The translations under genes were made by a program, and so were the position numbers. Below, one piece after another: positions 21,850 through 35,050 of a DNA stretch of 64,000 nucleotides. The notes under the pieces are model-generated. The model worked only from the letters and a program-made list of their open reading frames with translations. It searched no databases and had not been told where the DNA came from. Numbering within the stretch: position 1 is the first letter of the stretch; each line of letters begins with the position of its first letter. Source of the DNA: Monocercomonoides exilis PA203 (Eukaryota > Protista > Preaxostyla); NCBI GenBank assembly GCA_001643675.2, contig LSRY02000015.1:1426001-1490000 (forward strand), given 5' to 3'.

Positions 21850-24800
21850 TCCGTTTTCTGTTGTAAGTCTGCTGCTCCGATTTTGTTAGCTCTAAATTGC
21901 ATCCATTTCGTTGTCTCATAATTTCGGCTGTTATTCTGTAATTGAATGAACATTCATTTTGTGTTTCCAAATTGATGCTGAATGCGAACACTGCTGTCAA
22001 GTCTGAGGGTTGTTGAATGAAATTGAAATGCAAATATTTTTGTTGCTTGTTGAAGAAGACGCTGAAGAAGAAAAAGGAGTTGAAGGAGAAAATGAAGACA
22101 ACATTGAAGAATATAAAGGATGAAGTTGTGATTGATCAAAGTCGCGTGAAATAAATGAGTTTTTATTATTCCGGTTGCTCTTTCGTCTTTGCATTAATCT
22201 GACTCTTCTGTCTGTTCGACTGTTCATCAAGCACAATGAAGCACAATCGCCCTGACTGCATTTGGCAAACGAATCCCTTTGAGCCAACCTTTGGTGCTCT
22301 TGTTCTGTTGTCTTTCCAGTTCAAACAACATTGTTGTCATCAACATCTGAATGATTGAACTCTTCATCTAATTCGATATCAGCACCGTCATCATCATTAT
22401 CACTCTTATTATTGAATGACAAATTCATTTCGCTCACCAGGCGCATCCACCACACAAGCGAATACGGATCAGAAAGAGACGAAGGAAAGCGTCTGTGAAT
22501 AGGCTTAAACATGTGCGGAACAAGAGGCAATTTGAGATGCCTTGGCAATTCGATTGAAGTCCTAAGGAGAAGAAGAGGTGGAAGACTGTGATAAATCAAG
22601 CAATGAATAAGAACAAGGAGATTTTGATGATTCAGCCAAGGAAGGAGATAAAGGTGAAGATGAATAAGTCTGAGAAGATGGATGCAAAAATGAATAACTT
22701 GAAGCGCTAAGCAGTCGAAAAACACGAAGCTTTGGTGAAGAAAATGAAGTTTGACGAATATTATGGTGAATTTGTTGAATTTCAAATGAACATGAAGAAG
22801 TTTTGTCTATCTGTTCTTCATTCTTTTTCGTTTGAATTCTATCTTTCATTTTTGAATCAGAATCTAACTCATTCTCCGAATCATGCCTTTTGCTGTTCTC
22901 TTTTTCATTGCGTTTTCTTTTTTCAATCTTTTCCTTCAGATTTTTGCTCAAAGAAAATTGAGTAAGTTCTATTTCTTTCCTTTTCAGCTTTTCCATCAAA
23001 ACAGTTCTGGCAACTGCTTCCTTTTGCTTCATCTGTCTGAAATATATTGGATCCTTCTGCTTCAATTCTGCCCTCCGCTGCTTCATAGCTGTTGACACAA
23101 TAAACATCAGCTCATTTTCTTCTTCGCGAAGATAAGACATTCCGTCTGCTTCTTCAAAACGGCGGCATCGAAGTCATTTTGGATTATTGTTTGAATACGA
23201 AGAAGAAGAAAAGGACGATGATGATAGGGTGAGAAAATCCAAATGTGGCAGTGCTGAAGTTATTGTGGAGTCATTTTCTTGTTTCAGTCTTCTTTCTCTT
23301 CTCCACAGTGCACGTGTACATCATATCCTCTTCGGGGTCAATTCTTTTCTTTTCATTTTTTCTGAAGTGTCTGCCATCTCCACATTCCCATTCGTCATCG
23401 ATGGAGCAACCAGTGCTCTTGTAACAACTCCACTTTGACATAAGGACGTGTGTGTTTGTGTCTCCACTCCCTGAAGAAGGAAGCGCAGAGCGGGGTCTTC
23501 GAGCGAAGGAGCAGAAAGATCTCCGCAGAGAATGATTGGATGGATGCGCTGGGCAATCGGCTGTGTGGAGGCAGAGTTGAGTACACGAGCTCCTTGTATG
23601 CTTTGTGGAAATTGCCTCTCAGTCTCGTTAAGTGTCACTTCTCTGTTGATACCCCGTGTGAGCTGCATAAGCTGCATGAGGCGGATGGAGCTTGCTGCTG
23701 ATGAAGAGATTGAAGATGGAGAAAACGAAGAGGATGTTGACGAATATGGCTGTTGCTGTGTTTGAGAAATAGATTGGTTTGGCAGGTCAAACAGAAGCGC
23801 ATTCACAACGAATATCTTTTTTGAGGGAACGAAATGGTGCGTTGAAGAAATAGCCTATGACTGTTGAGAAAGAATGACTGTTTGCGTTCGAGTGAGATGG
23901 AGACGCCTTCTGAACATCACATGAGACGATGAAGAGGAATGGTGAATTGGGCATATACACTTCTGATGATGTCTGTGTGTAGAATCTTTGTGATGATGAT
24001 GTCTATGAATATTATCATTATGAAAGAGTGAAGATGAAGATTGTATTTCTTCCAATTGGTCATCTTCTTCTTTTTGCGTTTCATCGTTTTCTCTCTCTTC
24101 TTAAGTCCTCTTTGTAAATTCATTACTATCTTTTTCCTTCTCTTCTTCCTCCTCTTCACCAGCACCGTAACTTTCAGACTCATATCCTTCCTCGTTCTCC
24201 TTTGCAGCAGCCTCTCTCATCTCATTCCACGCATCCTGGTCTGCATCTTCATGTGCAAGCCACTCTTTGATCAGCTCGCCCAGCCACATTTCTCTTCGCA
24301 GGCGCTGCGGCTTCGGTGACAGCATTGAAGCAGCTTTCTTTTTCTTTGCGGCTACTTGCTGTTGAGAGGCAACAGGATACACAGGAAACGAATTCCTTGA
24401 GCTGGAACGCGGAAGCAACACATCTGAAATCAATGATCTCTTTTGAACAACAGCAGATTCATTCACATTTTCAATAGGAATATTTCCTGTTTGTTCTTTG
24501 GGTGGAACCTCTTTTCTGTTTGATTCTATCTTTTGAGCTTATTCTTTCTCCTGGTTGACAGCATCCAAAGGATCAAAGGCGATTTGCGCAGACGAAGAAA
24601 GGTACAATTTGTTTGGATTTGAAGGACTTTTCCCTCCTTCCAGGGCAAGTGGCCGAATAGCAGGAGGATCCGAAGCAGAAGAAGCTGAAGCACAAACAGG
24701 AGAAGAAGAAGAAGAAGAAGAAGGAGGAGGAGGAGAAGAAGAAGAAGAAGAAGAAGGCAAAGAGGAGGAAAAGGAGGAGGAAGAAGAATTTTTCGTTTGA

Positions 24801-25826
24801 GAGTTTTTGTTGTTGTAGCGGTTGAACAAGCAGATGCAAAAACAGATGTTGGTTGAATAGAAGAAGAAGATGATGATGAAGATGAAGAAGAAGAAATTGT
24901 GCGTTACGCGGTAGAAGAAGGATAACTTAATTCTTTCACTGAGAGTAAAAAAGAACCATCATTGTCTGAGGAATAAGAAAAAGAAAAAGAAGAAGAAGGA
25001 GGAGGAGGAGGAGGAGAAGGAAAAAATAGAAGAAAGAGAGGAAGAAGACAAGTTCGATAGAGAGGAAGAGCTTGGGCTTGTTATGTCGATGGACTTTTGT
25101 GTGAGTGAAGAGGAGTCTGTGGCTGGAGACGATGGAGTGAGAGGCTTCGGTGGAGTTCAAACAAGAACAGAAGTGGCAGACAATTGTGTGTGTGGAAAGG
25201 GAGAAAAAAGAGGAGTGGCAGATGTTGTGGAGGCTGTGACGTTTTGAATGTGCATCTGGGCAGATGAGGATGTACAGTTGAACGAGTGTTAAATCGGATG
25301 CTGTTCATCTTCATCATCATCTCCTTCTTCTCTTCCCCTATCCCTCCTCCTCCTTTCTATTGCTGACTGCTCCAGCTTTATGTCAGAAGCGTCAATTTGC
25401 GATGAGCAAAACTCGTCATTCTCCTTGGTCTTTGTCTTCGCCTTTGGCTCTTCCTGCTATCTCCATTTCCTCTGCTCTGCGCTCAATTTGCTTCTGAAAT
25501 CCGCCTTCTTTGCCTCTTCCATTTGAACTTGAACTCCTCGCTCTTTGCTCCTTGGCGGCGTCATAAAGCGAGCTGATGAACGCAATGTGCCTTGAAGCTC
25601 CTTCCCTCTTCCACTGTTATTTCTCGTGATACGCCCGTTCATCTCATTCACTCCGTTCGGCACAGCTGGAGCGCTGAAGCCGTACGAAGTGCTGAAGCAG
25701 AGTGGAATGCGCCTCTGTGGAAGAGGAAAACAGTCCAAATGCACATTCAGCGAAGCTGCAGAATGCATTGATTGCGATGATGATGATGAGAATAATGAAA
25801 AAGGAGGAGGATGGGAAGAAGAAGAA

Positions 25827-25877
<51 letters not shown>

Positions 25878-26610
25878 AAAGGAGGAGGAGGAGAAGAAGA
25901 ATTAGATTTGTTTTCAATTGATGTGTTTGAAGAAGTTGCAGATAAAACTTGTTTTGTTGGGAATACCATTTTCCTGCTGGCAAACTGAGTTTTGTTGTTG
26001 GACGATGAAAAAAAAGGAGAAGACGATAAAACACGAGAAGAATCAGAAGATGTTGAACGAGATGTTGGAATTGAAGAAAAACGAGAAGAAGAAGGAGAAG
26101 AAGAAGGAGAAATTGAAGAGGAAGAAGAGGAAGAGGAAGAGGAAGAAGAAGAAGATGGAGCACCAACAGAAGAAAGAGAAGGAGAACTTCCAGGAAGCAC
26201 AGGCAGTTTGACTTCTGCTGCTTGATGTGGGCTGGTTATTCTGTTTGTGACTGTGCTTGTGATTGAAGAGGAACGCCCACGAGCATTCTGACTCTGTGTC
26301 TTCAGCTTAACACCAGAAGAAGAAGAAGAAGAAGAAGAAGAAAGAGGAGAGGCAAAGGGAGAAGCATAAAGTGACATGGATTTTGGGCGTGTGCTGTGTT
26401 TTGGAGTGGACAAAGCAGAAGAAGAAGAAGAGGAAGATAATGTTGAAGATGAGAAGGAAGATACAGAAGATAATGAAGATGTTGAAGAAGAAGAAGAAGA
26501 AGAAGAAGATGCAGTTGAGAAATGCGAAATCAGTCGAACGATATTTATGATGTTGAGAATAATTTGTGTGATGTTGTTGATTAGCCAAAACGTCTCGCTT
26601 GATGTATGAA
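21850..26610 (-). pseudogene. Large low-complexity gene broken by stops/frameshifts, possibly with a degenerate CCR4/Angel-like EEP domain
   Basis: Successive minus-strand ORFs (25457..26413, 24539..24829, 24101..24466, 23321..23806, 22562..23140, 22321..22785). Motifs KKIFVVNALLFD, IRLMQLMQL, PIILCGDLSAP...ALRFLLQG and FPSSLSDPYSLVW occur in the same order as EEP-family ANTHL, PIILCGDFNS and PSDH motifs. Confidence 0.4.
25830..25877. repeat. (TAG)16 microsatellite
   Basis: Directly visible; flanked by (GAA)n/(GGA)n tracts. Confidence 0.95.
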
Positions 26611-28449
26611 CCTCAGTTTGGTTTGAAAAACATAATCACCAAATAAATGACAAATAGATTGTGGAAATCAATCTTGATGTATTTTTCCAAAGTCAATTCA
26701 CTTTCTTTTTGCGATTTCCTCTCCTTTCCCCTCAAAAATCGAAAATGAATATACCTCTCAATTTATTTTCCTTTCTATTTTTCCTCTTCCATTCAGCTCT
26801 CACTATTCTCTGAAAAATATCAATCCCTTCCTTTTCTTCATCTTTCCCATTCTCTTCCATTAAATCTTCTTTTCCTCTCATAAAAGATATCCCTCTTCCA
26901 TTCGAAAATTTCTCTATTTTCCTCCTCTAATCCACTTTTGCCCTCTTTTCCCTTCTCTTCTAAAATAATATTCTCCCATCAACAAAAAACCTTCCTCATC
27001 ATCTCCAACCACTTCTCTACATATTTACTATATTATCTTCTCCAAATCTCCACCTGCTCTTCCCCATCTTTTTGTCTCAGAATTTCTTCCATTCAAAAGC
27101 CCCTCTCGAAATATAAACATTCCAAAAAACACTCAACTCCCGCCCCCTGCCACAAATAATCCTCTTCCATCACTTGCATGCACCATATCCATCATGTGCC
27201 ATGTGTTGATGAGATAGACATCAAATACTTCTTTTGGTGTTTGAGAATATTATTAAAGGAGATGATCATGCCAAAAACAGAAAAAACCCCTCTGCACATC
27301 CACCACAATGTGTACGGGCTGAAAAGACCCTCCAGTGAGATACACGATGTGTTTTGTGGAGATGCATTCCATGCTGCAATTTGACCATTCTGAGTCTGAA
27401 ATGAAGAGATTGATTTTTTTGAATGATGATGGCTGTGGAAATATGCATTCTGGAAAAAAACAGTCGAGGGCAGTTTGGTATTTATTTATTTTTCTATATA
27501 TGAATATTAACCTGTTGATGTTTTTTGTGTTCCTTTCAGGGCAGGAGGTGGAAATGAATGAAAATGAGAAAAAGCTTAATATCTCGTTGTGCAGGGTGAC
27601 CATAAAGTTGGGAGAGCGAATCCATACGAAAAGTGCCCAGGGTGAAGGGATTGGGAAGTAAATTGGAGATGATATTTTTTGAAGAAAAACAGAACGCTTG
27701 AAAATTTGAAAGAAGGAATTAAAGAGAAAACACAAATCTCAAAAATTTCGGAAGATCTTGAAATTGATGTATTTGATGGAGAAAAGACTATTGAAAAGGA
27801 AGGCTAGCGATTTAGATGATGAAACGCTGAACATTGAATGTTTTCATTTAATATTTATCGATTTCAACTTATTTTTTATAATTCTTCTTCAATAGCATTA
27901 TTTGGCAAACATTTAAATTAGACATTGATTGATTACGTATTGTTATTATTGTTTTTATGATTTTTCAAACCAGTGAACATTTGTTTTGTTCCATTTATTA
28001 AATTATCAATATTTTCGAATAATTTTTTTTTTCAAATTAGAATAAAAACATTTTTAAACCAATTAAAATCAACATACAACTAATAATAATAATCTATTAA
28101 GCTATAATTTCATGTATTTCATAATAAAATTTATCTTTTTTGGAAACCCTTAATGAAATAATTTTTTGATCAAACATCTGAATTTTTTATGATATCAAAA
28201 AAAAAGTCACCAATTTGAAAATCTATTTCACTGATGAATTTTCATATTCGTTCACTACCATCCTTTCACATGTGAGAATCATTTTAAGGTCTTCATAACT
28301 CTTTAATTTCCACGTAAATATACAAATATGTAGATTCTTTTTGATTAAGTTTTTTAATTGAATATATTAAGGACACCGCTGATTGATCACTATTATTTCT
28401 TCCTTTCAAGAAAAGAATAAAGAGTAATTTTCAAAGAAAAGGAATAATT

Positions 28450-29640
28450 TTTCATCACAGAAAGACAACGGTTTATTGCATGAATGGATTGATTAAACTA
28501 ATTTTCAAGGAGGAACAATTTATATACAATACTGTGCAAGAGCAATTCTGACAGAGAAAAATTGTTTTTTTGAAAAATATAAAACTTTATCAACTCGAAG
28601 CAGAGGAAAACTTGAAACGAATATGGATGAATGTGTTAAGATTCACACAACATTTTTACAATGCACAGCAATTATAAATGGATAAAGAGGAGGGGGGCAT
28701 TTAAACAGCGGATACATTCATTCAGCCAATGGCCAACGACTGTCATTTACAAAATTGTTTCTCTGAAAATGACAAAGGAGCAATCAATTAGCGCTTGCGA
28801 CTGTCGGGGGTATTGAACATTAGAATTCTGTGGACAGAATAGTTATTTCAAACTGTTTATTGTATCAACGTGATTCGGTGAATGGAGGATGCGCTGCTAC
28901 CAATTTTTTATTTCGAATTATAAGGGAATGTTGTTTTTTTCTCATTTATTTGCATATCAATACACGCATGAAAGAAGAGCATGATATTGCTCTTCATTTT
29001 TCAACAAAAAACAATATCAATTGAAATTGCCACTCTCCAAGGCGAGCGAACAACAGAAAGAGTTTATCATTCGAATCGATTGTTGATTGTTGTTGATGGC
29101 TTCAAAACTTTTATTGCAGAATTAGATTTCTTTCTTCTGTGCAAACATAACAAAATGAAAAGAGCACAAATACATGCGGAATTAATGAGTCTCATCCATA
29201 AAGCACATATTCCACAGCATCACTCAACTGATCGCGGATATTGTGAAGAATGTCGAGAAACTCAAAGGAACGATCACAGAAGCCAAAAGTGTGAATTGTC
29301 ACATGAACACTTACACGATGCGTAGGCTAAAAAAATTATAAAAAACAGTTCAAATTGAATTTGAAGTGTCAGGTTTGTCTCTTTTTTTGTTTCATCTTGC
29401 GCCTTTTCAGCGAGTTACAAAACTATTGTGAATAACTCTCTTCATCTGTGTATTTATTGCTAAAGTATATAAGAGATTTCTGCAGAAAGATTTCCACAAA
29501 CAGACTGAACATATCTTCTGGAAGCAGGAATTTTGTTCAAACAGAACTTTCAACAGAGCTGATAATAATTCAGGATGAATAACGCAAGGACAATTCACAC
29601 CGTTTCGTTGTTTTAACTTTCATTCACGAATGAAGTTTTT
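28450..29640 (+). pseudogene. Heavily decayed N-terminal remnant of the giant receptor family
   Basis: Colinear DNA similarity to gene A positions ~1-1000, e.g. GAGCATGATATTGCTCTTCATTTTTCAACAAAAAACAATATC vs GGGCATGACATTGTTCTTCAAGGTTCAACATCAAACAACATT, and a GAATTTGAA...TCTCT match. Many stops. Confidence 0.6.
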
Positions 29641-30674
29641 TGAAAACTCTTGAATACAATTTTTTTCGAATAAAAAGAATCATAACAAATCAATAATTTG
29701 CTCTTGTGGAAAAAGAGCAGACACATATGCAGATGCACCAGCTGTACCAGAAACCTTATGAGGAGATCTTTCTATGAATTACATCCTCCTCGATATGAGA
29801 GTCCGATATGTGCACTCAACTGAATGAGGCCTGAAGTTGAGCAGATGCAGAATGCACAGAAGCAGAAGAGGGAGAGAAAGCATGCAATGCAGTCGTACCA
29901 GCTGGAGCGAAAAGAAAAAGCCCACAGATATCATCTCCATGCCTTCAGATTGAAAATACAACACTCACAGGAATTCAAATGAAGACACAAGTGACTCCAA
30001 TTCGTCCACAAACACACAATATGAAACTCAAAACATCCCAATAATTGCTTTCCCGTGGCACACTTGCCGGATCGTATACGTTGCATCCCGCAGAGCGATC
30101 GACTGCACACTTTCCTGCGGCACAACCGCCCCTATCGCAACAAACTCATCCATCGTATTTCTCTACCTGTCCTAGTTCAAATGCGACAATCATCAGCGAT
30201 ACCAAACACTTGTTCCCACCCCCTCTCTCTTCTCTTCTCTCTCCTCCCAAACATCCTTTCTCCAATAAACATGATGCTCATCGTCACGTCCGGGTGTATC
30301 ATCCCTTCCACAACTGGCTTCGCTATAATACACTCCCGCTCTGCGCACGGCTCCACCTATAGTCGGGTCAGTTATCTTCACCAAATCATACTGCCAGTTC
30401 TTTCATACACTTTCATCAACCGCAGTCATGCAAAATACGTTAAAAAAACTATTTTTAACTTCTTTTCATCCTCCAAACAGTTTTTGCTTGATCATTAACA
30501 ATTTATCTCATTTTTTCTTAGAGTAATATCACAAGCTTTTAAACAAGAATTATGTATCATATTTTTCTGACATTTCAGTGAGCAACTTTGCTTATTTTTC
30601 GTAAAAAAACAAGCAGCAATGAAAGTTCTTTCTTAATATCTTAAATAGATCATGAAATTGAACCAACAAATAAT

Positions 30675-33600
30675 TAGATGAATTTTGAATAGATTTTTTT
30701 TATTTAAATAAACTAGGTTTATTCAAATGAACTCATGTTTATTCGAATAGATCAAGTTTATTTGAATAAACTGAGTTCTTTTAAGATAGACCGAGTTCAT
30801 TTGAGTTTCGAAAATTTAGATAAAAAACAAATATTAAAAATGTGCAAAAATTGACAACTGATAATATTCTTATATTATTTGAAAACAGTTAATGTTATTT
30901 TTGTAATGATTTTTGTTGTTTTCATCAAATATTTTTAATGATCGAAAGGATCAAAATATTTTTTGAACTGTTATAATTCTTTTGCACCAACAAACGATAC
31001 AAAATATGTTAACATTACATCAGTTGATTGTTTCACTTTATTGTTATGTAATCCACATGTTTTAACTTGTTATAAAAATTGATGAAAAGAAGAATTTCGT
31101 GAATTATTTCAAGAATTATATATTTTTTTATTGCACAAACAAAACAAGTTGGATTGCACCAATTCATACATAAACAACTGGCATTTATACTTAGATTGGT
31201 TCAATAATATCAAAAGACAGGAAAAAATCAAAAGAAAATAAATGTGAACGATTTTTATAAAAAACTGATTCAAAAACAAACTTGTTTGTTATCATAATTT
31301 TATTGAATAATGAACTAAGTTAAACCGCTTTTCTCTTGCTTTTGACTTTTGCTTCTCACACAAGCATTCCTTATTTCATCGCTGTCCGCCTGTCTGGAAC
31401 ATGCGAAATATCATTCTGCTCGTTCCAATCCATCAAATGCAAAAGTCACATTCTGATGGTGTCGCATGGCAGCAGCATTGACTTGACAAATGTTTCGATG
31501 AGCAATATTGAACCGATGCACAAAAGCATTGTGGAAGTATTTGCGCATGCTAAGTTTGGAGGTGAGTCCCAGAGATTGAATGAAGAAGAATGCCTAGCAG
31601 TGAATCTTCAATGCTGCACACTCCATTCGCTTCTCCAAAATGCTAAATCTGATCCCTCCATCATCAGCTGCACTGGCAGCGAGTCTTGCAGCGTGTCTGT
31701 GCAAAACACGTCGATCAAGAACAGTGGAAGCAGCCTGAGTGAAAGCGGTGGAGGAATGATAATGAAATTGAACGAAGGAGAGTTTTTTGAATGCAACTTT
31801 TCTTCGATCTCTGAATGCTTCTGCTCGACGACTGGCAGAGGAGGCGCAATATTCCTGGATTGCTCGTCAATTAAAAGTGAAGGCCTGCTTCCTTTCCTGC
31901 TGAAAAACACCACGTTCATGGAGAACAAAGCATTTTTGGGAAGAGACGTGTATGTGAAATGCGCGAATGTCAAATCTCAAATCAGCATTGAGCTCTTCCA
32001 GCTCGATTTCAGACCTCCGTTTGTCCGAGAGTTTGCCATGTGGGGATGTACAGCACCCGACTATGGAGACGAGCAAGATCTGTTGCTGCTTGTGGTTGTG
32101 TATCAGAGCGAAACGATATTTGCATCTTCTTCATCCAACAACTCCTCCGATTCACGCCAGTGCGGTGGAATAAGCGAACCGTGCATTTCGCTAAATGTTG
32201 CGCTGCCCCACGTAATTCCTTCAGTTTACAGCAATTTGCTGATTGACAAAAGCGCTGAAGTGACAGGGGAAGCAAGCGCTTACGATGTCTCAATCGAGCA
32301 GCTGGATCCGGAAGGCATAGGAGGGGATATTCTAATGAACCTCATCATCGAAAGCAAGATGGGAAGTCTCATTTCGTATTCGTCGATAGTGAAAATAAAA
32401 TTTCTGACGTTTTCATTTTGAAGCGCTTTTTCTTCTCCGCATTTGAGGTTGCTGTCGCTTGCTGATGGCAACTTGTCGATTGCAGACACAATCTTTGCTC
32501 AAGAAGCTTCTGGTGGAAACTCTGGAATTGAACTGAATTGCTCGATTGTTGAAATGAGCGGTGGAAGATTGACGATTTCTGACTGACGTTTTGCAGGCCT
32601 CCATCTCGGTTCTTCATGCGTGGCAGCAAGAGGGGGACAATATTGCTCATTTATGAACTTGAACATTTCTGATGGAATTCTGAAAAGCTTTTTTTATTTC
32701 AAAATCTGGCAAACCACTCGATGCAGCAAGCACTTGTTTCCAGTTGTTCATTTGAACAATCCGCCCTTATCCTTTGGAGCTGCAAATACTCTCATCACAA
32801 GAAAATTCAAATCAGAAATGCAGAGAGGAAAACAAACATGGTTATGTTTTCCTCAAACCGTTCAGGAGTTCATTTAAACATCCGATGCTATGATTCGTAA
32901 TTCGATGCCATATCTGTGCTGTCTGGTTCTTTGTTTTCTGTTGAATGCCAAGATTTTGATATCGAGATGAATCACTTGGCTATTTCAAACACAGTGCCTG
33001 GGAATGGGTGTGCAATTAGCATTGCATCAAATGCTTCCACATTCCATTTGAAGCAACCATCATTCCAAAACATAACCTGAGATTCGCTTGGCTCGTGCTG
33101 CTTTACTGCTTCATCTTCGTCTTTGTTGCTGGAATTGGAGAACTGCTCGAACAAAAAGTGTGCTTCGCCACCTGAAAAAGGGAGCATTGCAGCGTTGACA
33201 GATTTGATGGATGTTAACTTTTCTTCATGTTCATTTGATGGAGCAGCTGGTGTGAAACAGTTTGGAACATACGAAAATAGTTTCGAAAATTTGTGCCGGT
33301 GGATTGGATCAATGGCTGATCTTCAGAATTGCTCAGGAAGGATAATAGACACGAGCATTGCTAACTCATCGAAAGGAGGACTGTCTGTGTCAGGCGGTAG
33401 CATCTCCGTTCAATTTGGATTGTTTTCTAGCAACAATCCATATCCAGCAGGCTATCCATCCATGAGAAACAACATCGCCTGCTCATTCCATGCGTTTTTG
33501 AATATTCATAGTCTGAAAGGTGGGGATGGCTTTCTTCCGAACACTTCTTTGTTAATTGCAAATAACAATTGTACCCTCGTAGGCTTGGAGTCATAAGGAG

Positions 33601-34775
33601 TATTTCCGTACTTCATTCCGCAGCAGCACTCGGTAAAGTCTCTCCAGCAAGAGAGAAACTTTCTGATTAATCTTTATGGTTCCTTGCTTTCACCCAGAAG
33701 TTTGGCTCTCCAAGTTGATTCATTCAATGTAATGATTCACAAGCTCCAGATGTATCAGCATCTGTCAGAAGAGTTTGCTGGTGAAATGGAGATTCATGCG
33801 GCTATTTCAGCATCAATTGTTACAATGCATCTGAGGAAACGTAAGTATCTGTGAGCCTTCTGTTTAGAAACATTGACTCGCCTTCTTCAATTGATCCGTT
33901 CATTCCGAGAAACAGAAGAAAACTTCAATCAAAAGCAGATGAAAGAATTGTTAAAGGAAGAAGAGAAAGAAAACCCACTCGAACATCGATTGTGATTGTT
34001 GTTATAGCAATATTTTTTTGATTGTGCTGATTGCATCTTAATCGTTACAATTCAGTGGAGAAAATCAAAAAGACGAACAAAAGAACTGGAAGAGATTGTG
34101 TATGATTACGTCAAAAAAGGTCCAAAGGCATTTAAGTGGGAACGGAGGAGATGTCACCTGAGGCAAAGTTGAGGAGAGAATAGAAAAAGATGCAGTGAAG
34201 AAGAATGTTGAGAGGCTTTGTGAAATAAATCGATAAATGAAAATTGAATACATCCGCTTAACGGAGAAAGTGACAAAGAAGAAAGCTGCATCAATCTGTC
34301 GACTCCACTGAATGCTTCAGGGATATAGGTTTTGCTGGCCGAAGACCACTCTACAAACATAAATAGAAGCAAATTTTTATTTTAGATAATTAATTATACA
34401 GAGATCAAAAGAAAAACAAAAAAGTTGGAATAGGATAGAATAATGAGAATAAAATGATATTTTCATTATTTCACGTTGTTTGTGTTGATCAAGGCTTCTT
34501 TTAACATATATCAAATTTTGTTTAAGAATGAAGAAAACACTCAATTTTTGAGAATTTTGGTTTTTTTTTTTTTTTGATATAGTGAAAGATAAAAAGAAAA
34601 AATATTATCATTTGAGTTCATAACTTATTCATAAAAACTTTATTTAAGTGTATTGCACTTTATTCAAGTGTCACTTCACTCATTAAAAATAACATGACCA
34701 TTTTTAAGAAAAACCCAGTTCATTCAAATAAGTTGAATTTATTCAAATAGAATTTTTCTATTTGAAATTCATCTA
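30675..34775. mobile_element. Putative TIR-bounded non-autonomous element (4.1 kb) enclosing a receptor pseudogene
   Basis: 30675-30733 (TAGATGAATTTTGAATAGA...) aligns without gaps to the reverse complement of 34717-34775 (TAGATGAATTTCAAATAGA...) at about 44/59. Both ends carry ~20-bp TTTATTCAAATRAACT-like subrepeats. No clear TSD beyond a possible TA. Confidence 0.55.
31336..34250 (+). pseudogene. 3'-half pseudogene of the giant receptor family (last modules, TM and juxtamembrane region; no kinase part)
   Basis: 31336..32421 and 33123..33596 are clear paralogs of genes A/B (ECFCSTTGRGG, LDFRPPFVREFAMWGC, YQSETIF, NNP...YPSMRNNIAC, SLKGGDG). Frameshifted TM and DYVKKGPKAF region at ~33990-34130. 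Confidence 0.85.
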
Positions 34776-35050
34776 ATATTGAAATTATAAATTACGAGAA
34801 AAGAAAAAAAGAAAAAGAAAAATTTCTCTATGAAAAGAAATCATTCATAATTATTCCATATAATTTCTTTCTTTGAAATGCAGGATTATTTGAAAACAAA
34901 TTATAAAAGAGCAAGTCTAATGTGATAATAGAAACTTAAACTTTTGGCTCAAAGTTATTTATCAATTAAAAAAATACAAAAAAGAGGTTATAAGAACAGA
35001 ACACATGATGGACATTGATTGGAAAAATCGCAAAAATGCTTTGGATAACT

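Noticed and set aside
26640-27830. Pyrimidine-rich tract followed by short coding-like ORFs
   Set aside because: No recognisable domain or consistent frame; probably decayed sequence.
29750-30500. GC-elevated patch with short ORFs on both strands
   Set aside because: Probably a gene or TE relic, but no motif could be assigned from the sequence alone.
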